A stretch of DNA of 64,000 nucleotides, taken from assembly GCF_009914755.1 (NCBI RefSeq), contig NC_060934.1. One strand, given 5' to 3'. The position numbers were made by a program, and so were the translations under genes. The notes under the pieces were generated by a model. It did not search any database. It was not told the DNA's origin and was given only the letters and a program-made list of their open reading frames with translations. Origin of the DNA: the human T2T-CHM13v2.0 reference genome, Homo sapiens. Shown here one piece after another: positions 63,270 to 64,000 of this stretch (position 1 is its first letter; every line of letters begins with the position of its first letter).

Positions 63270-63441
63270 ACAGTTACCATGTATACTGGATTAGTGAATA
63301 CCGAACCATTGCTTCTAGGGGAAATACAGGGTTAGTTCACTTCCAGCCTCTGAGAACACATTTTTATAACCTCGTTTTATATATGTCAATACATAACCTG
63401 TTTTATGTGTGTTTCTGTTTAAAGACACCTCATTTAATATA
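63270..63441. mobile_element. TcMar-Tigger non-autonomous element fragment (MER82-like)
   Basis: ttagtgaataccgaaccattgcttctaggggaaatacagggttag...gtgtgtttctgtttaaagacacct. Confidence 0.6.
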
Positions 63442-64000
63442 TGAGGAGACTTCAAAAAGTTCATGGGAAAATGGAATTAACAGGTAAAAAATTTAAATAT
63501 GAACTTTATTTCTCAAAATAATCTCCATCAAGGTCGGGAGACTTGTAAGTGCTGATAGCAACCATTTAGTTCATCCCTAAAGAACTGAGGGTCCTGGGAA
63601 CTTAACCATGTCAGTGTGGTGTTTTTTACATTATTAGCTGAAGAAAAATGATGCCCTTTAAAGAATTTTTTTTTTTTTTTTTTTTTTTTGAGACGGAGTG
63701 TCGCTCTGTCACCAGGCTGGAGTGCAGTGGTGTGATCTCGGCTCACTGTATCCTCCGCCTCCTGGATTGAAGCGATTCTCCTGCCTCAGGCTCCCAAGTA
63801 ACTGGGACTACAGGTACGTGCCACCACGCCCAGCTAATTTTTGTATTTTTAGTAGAGACGGGGTTTCACCATGTTGGCCAGGATGGTCTCGAGCTCTTGA
63901 CCTCGTGATCTGCCTACCTCAGCCTCCCAAAATGCTGGGATTACAGGCATGAGCCACTGCACCCGGCCTAGAGATTCTTTTTTTTAAGATAAGGAAGTAA
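63442..64000 (-). mobile_element. Hsmar2 mariner transposon 3' part, interrupted by an Alu and running off the window
   Basis: TA then TIR tgaggagacttcaaaaagttcatgg; the minus frame gives KGHHFSSANNVKNTTLTWLSSQDPQFFRDELNG, like the Hsmar2 transposase C-terminus. Confidence 0.88.
63666..63968 (-). mobile_element. Alu (AluSc-like) in Hsmar2
   Basis: T24 tail; caggatggtctcga..tcttgacctcgtg. Confidence 0.93.

Overview
Primate (almost certainly human) genomic DNA lying wholly inside the CAMK1D gene (Ca2+/calmodulin-dependent protein kinase ID, human 10p13), which is transcribed on the + strand. The only host coding sequence is one 75-nt kinase-domain exon at 31754-31828 ([26 protein letters not shown], exon 3 by recall), with more than 31 kb of intron on each side. 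The rest is repeat-rich intron. It holds about 44 Alu copies or fragments, nested old L1s, L2/MIR/L3 fossils, five or six solo LTRs (MaLR, MER50-like, MER4-group, MLT2), DNA-transposon fossils (MER1A, MER5A, MER53, Blackjack, Hsmar2), microsatellites and a ~770-bp AT-only tract. The annotated MIR4481 hairpin lies antisense inside a MaLR LTR. Almost all supplied ORFs are Alu, L1 or chance frames. I see no support for a new multi-gene system. The most unusual items are: (i) a TSD-flanked, polyadenylated Alu+AT+L1-ORF1 chimeric retrocopy inside an MLT2 LTR; (ii) a tail-less internal L1 ORF2 piece with a perfect 14-bp TSD; (iii) a CpG-preserving ETS-ETS-CRE promoter-like element in unique intron; (iv) a textbook cryptic 3' splice site in frame with CAMK1D. 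Repeat subfamily names come from recalled consensus sequences, and boundaries without a stated TSD are approximate.
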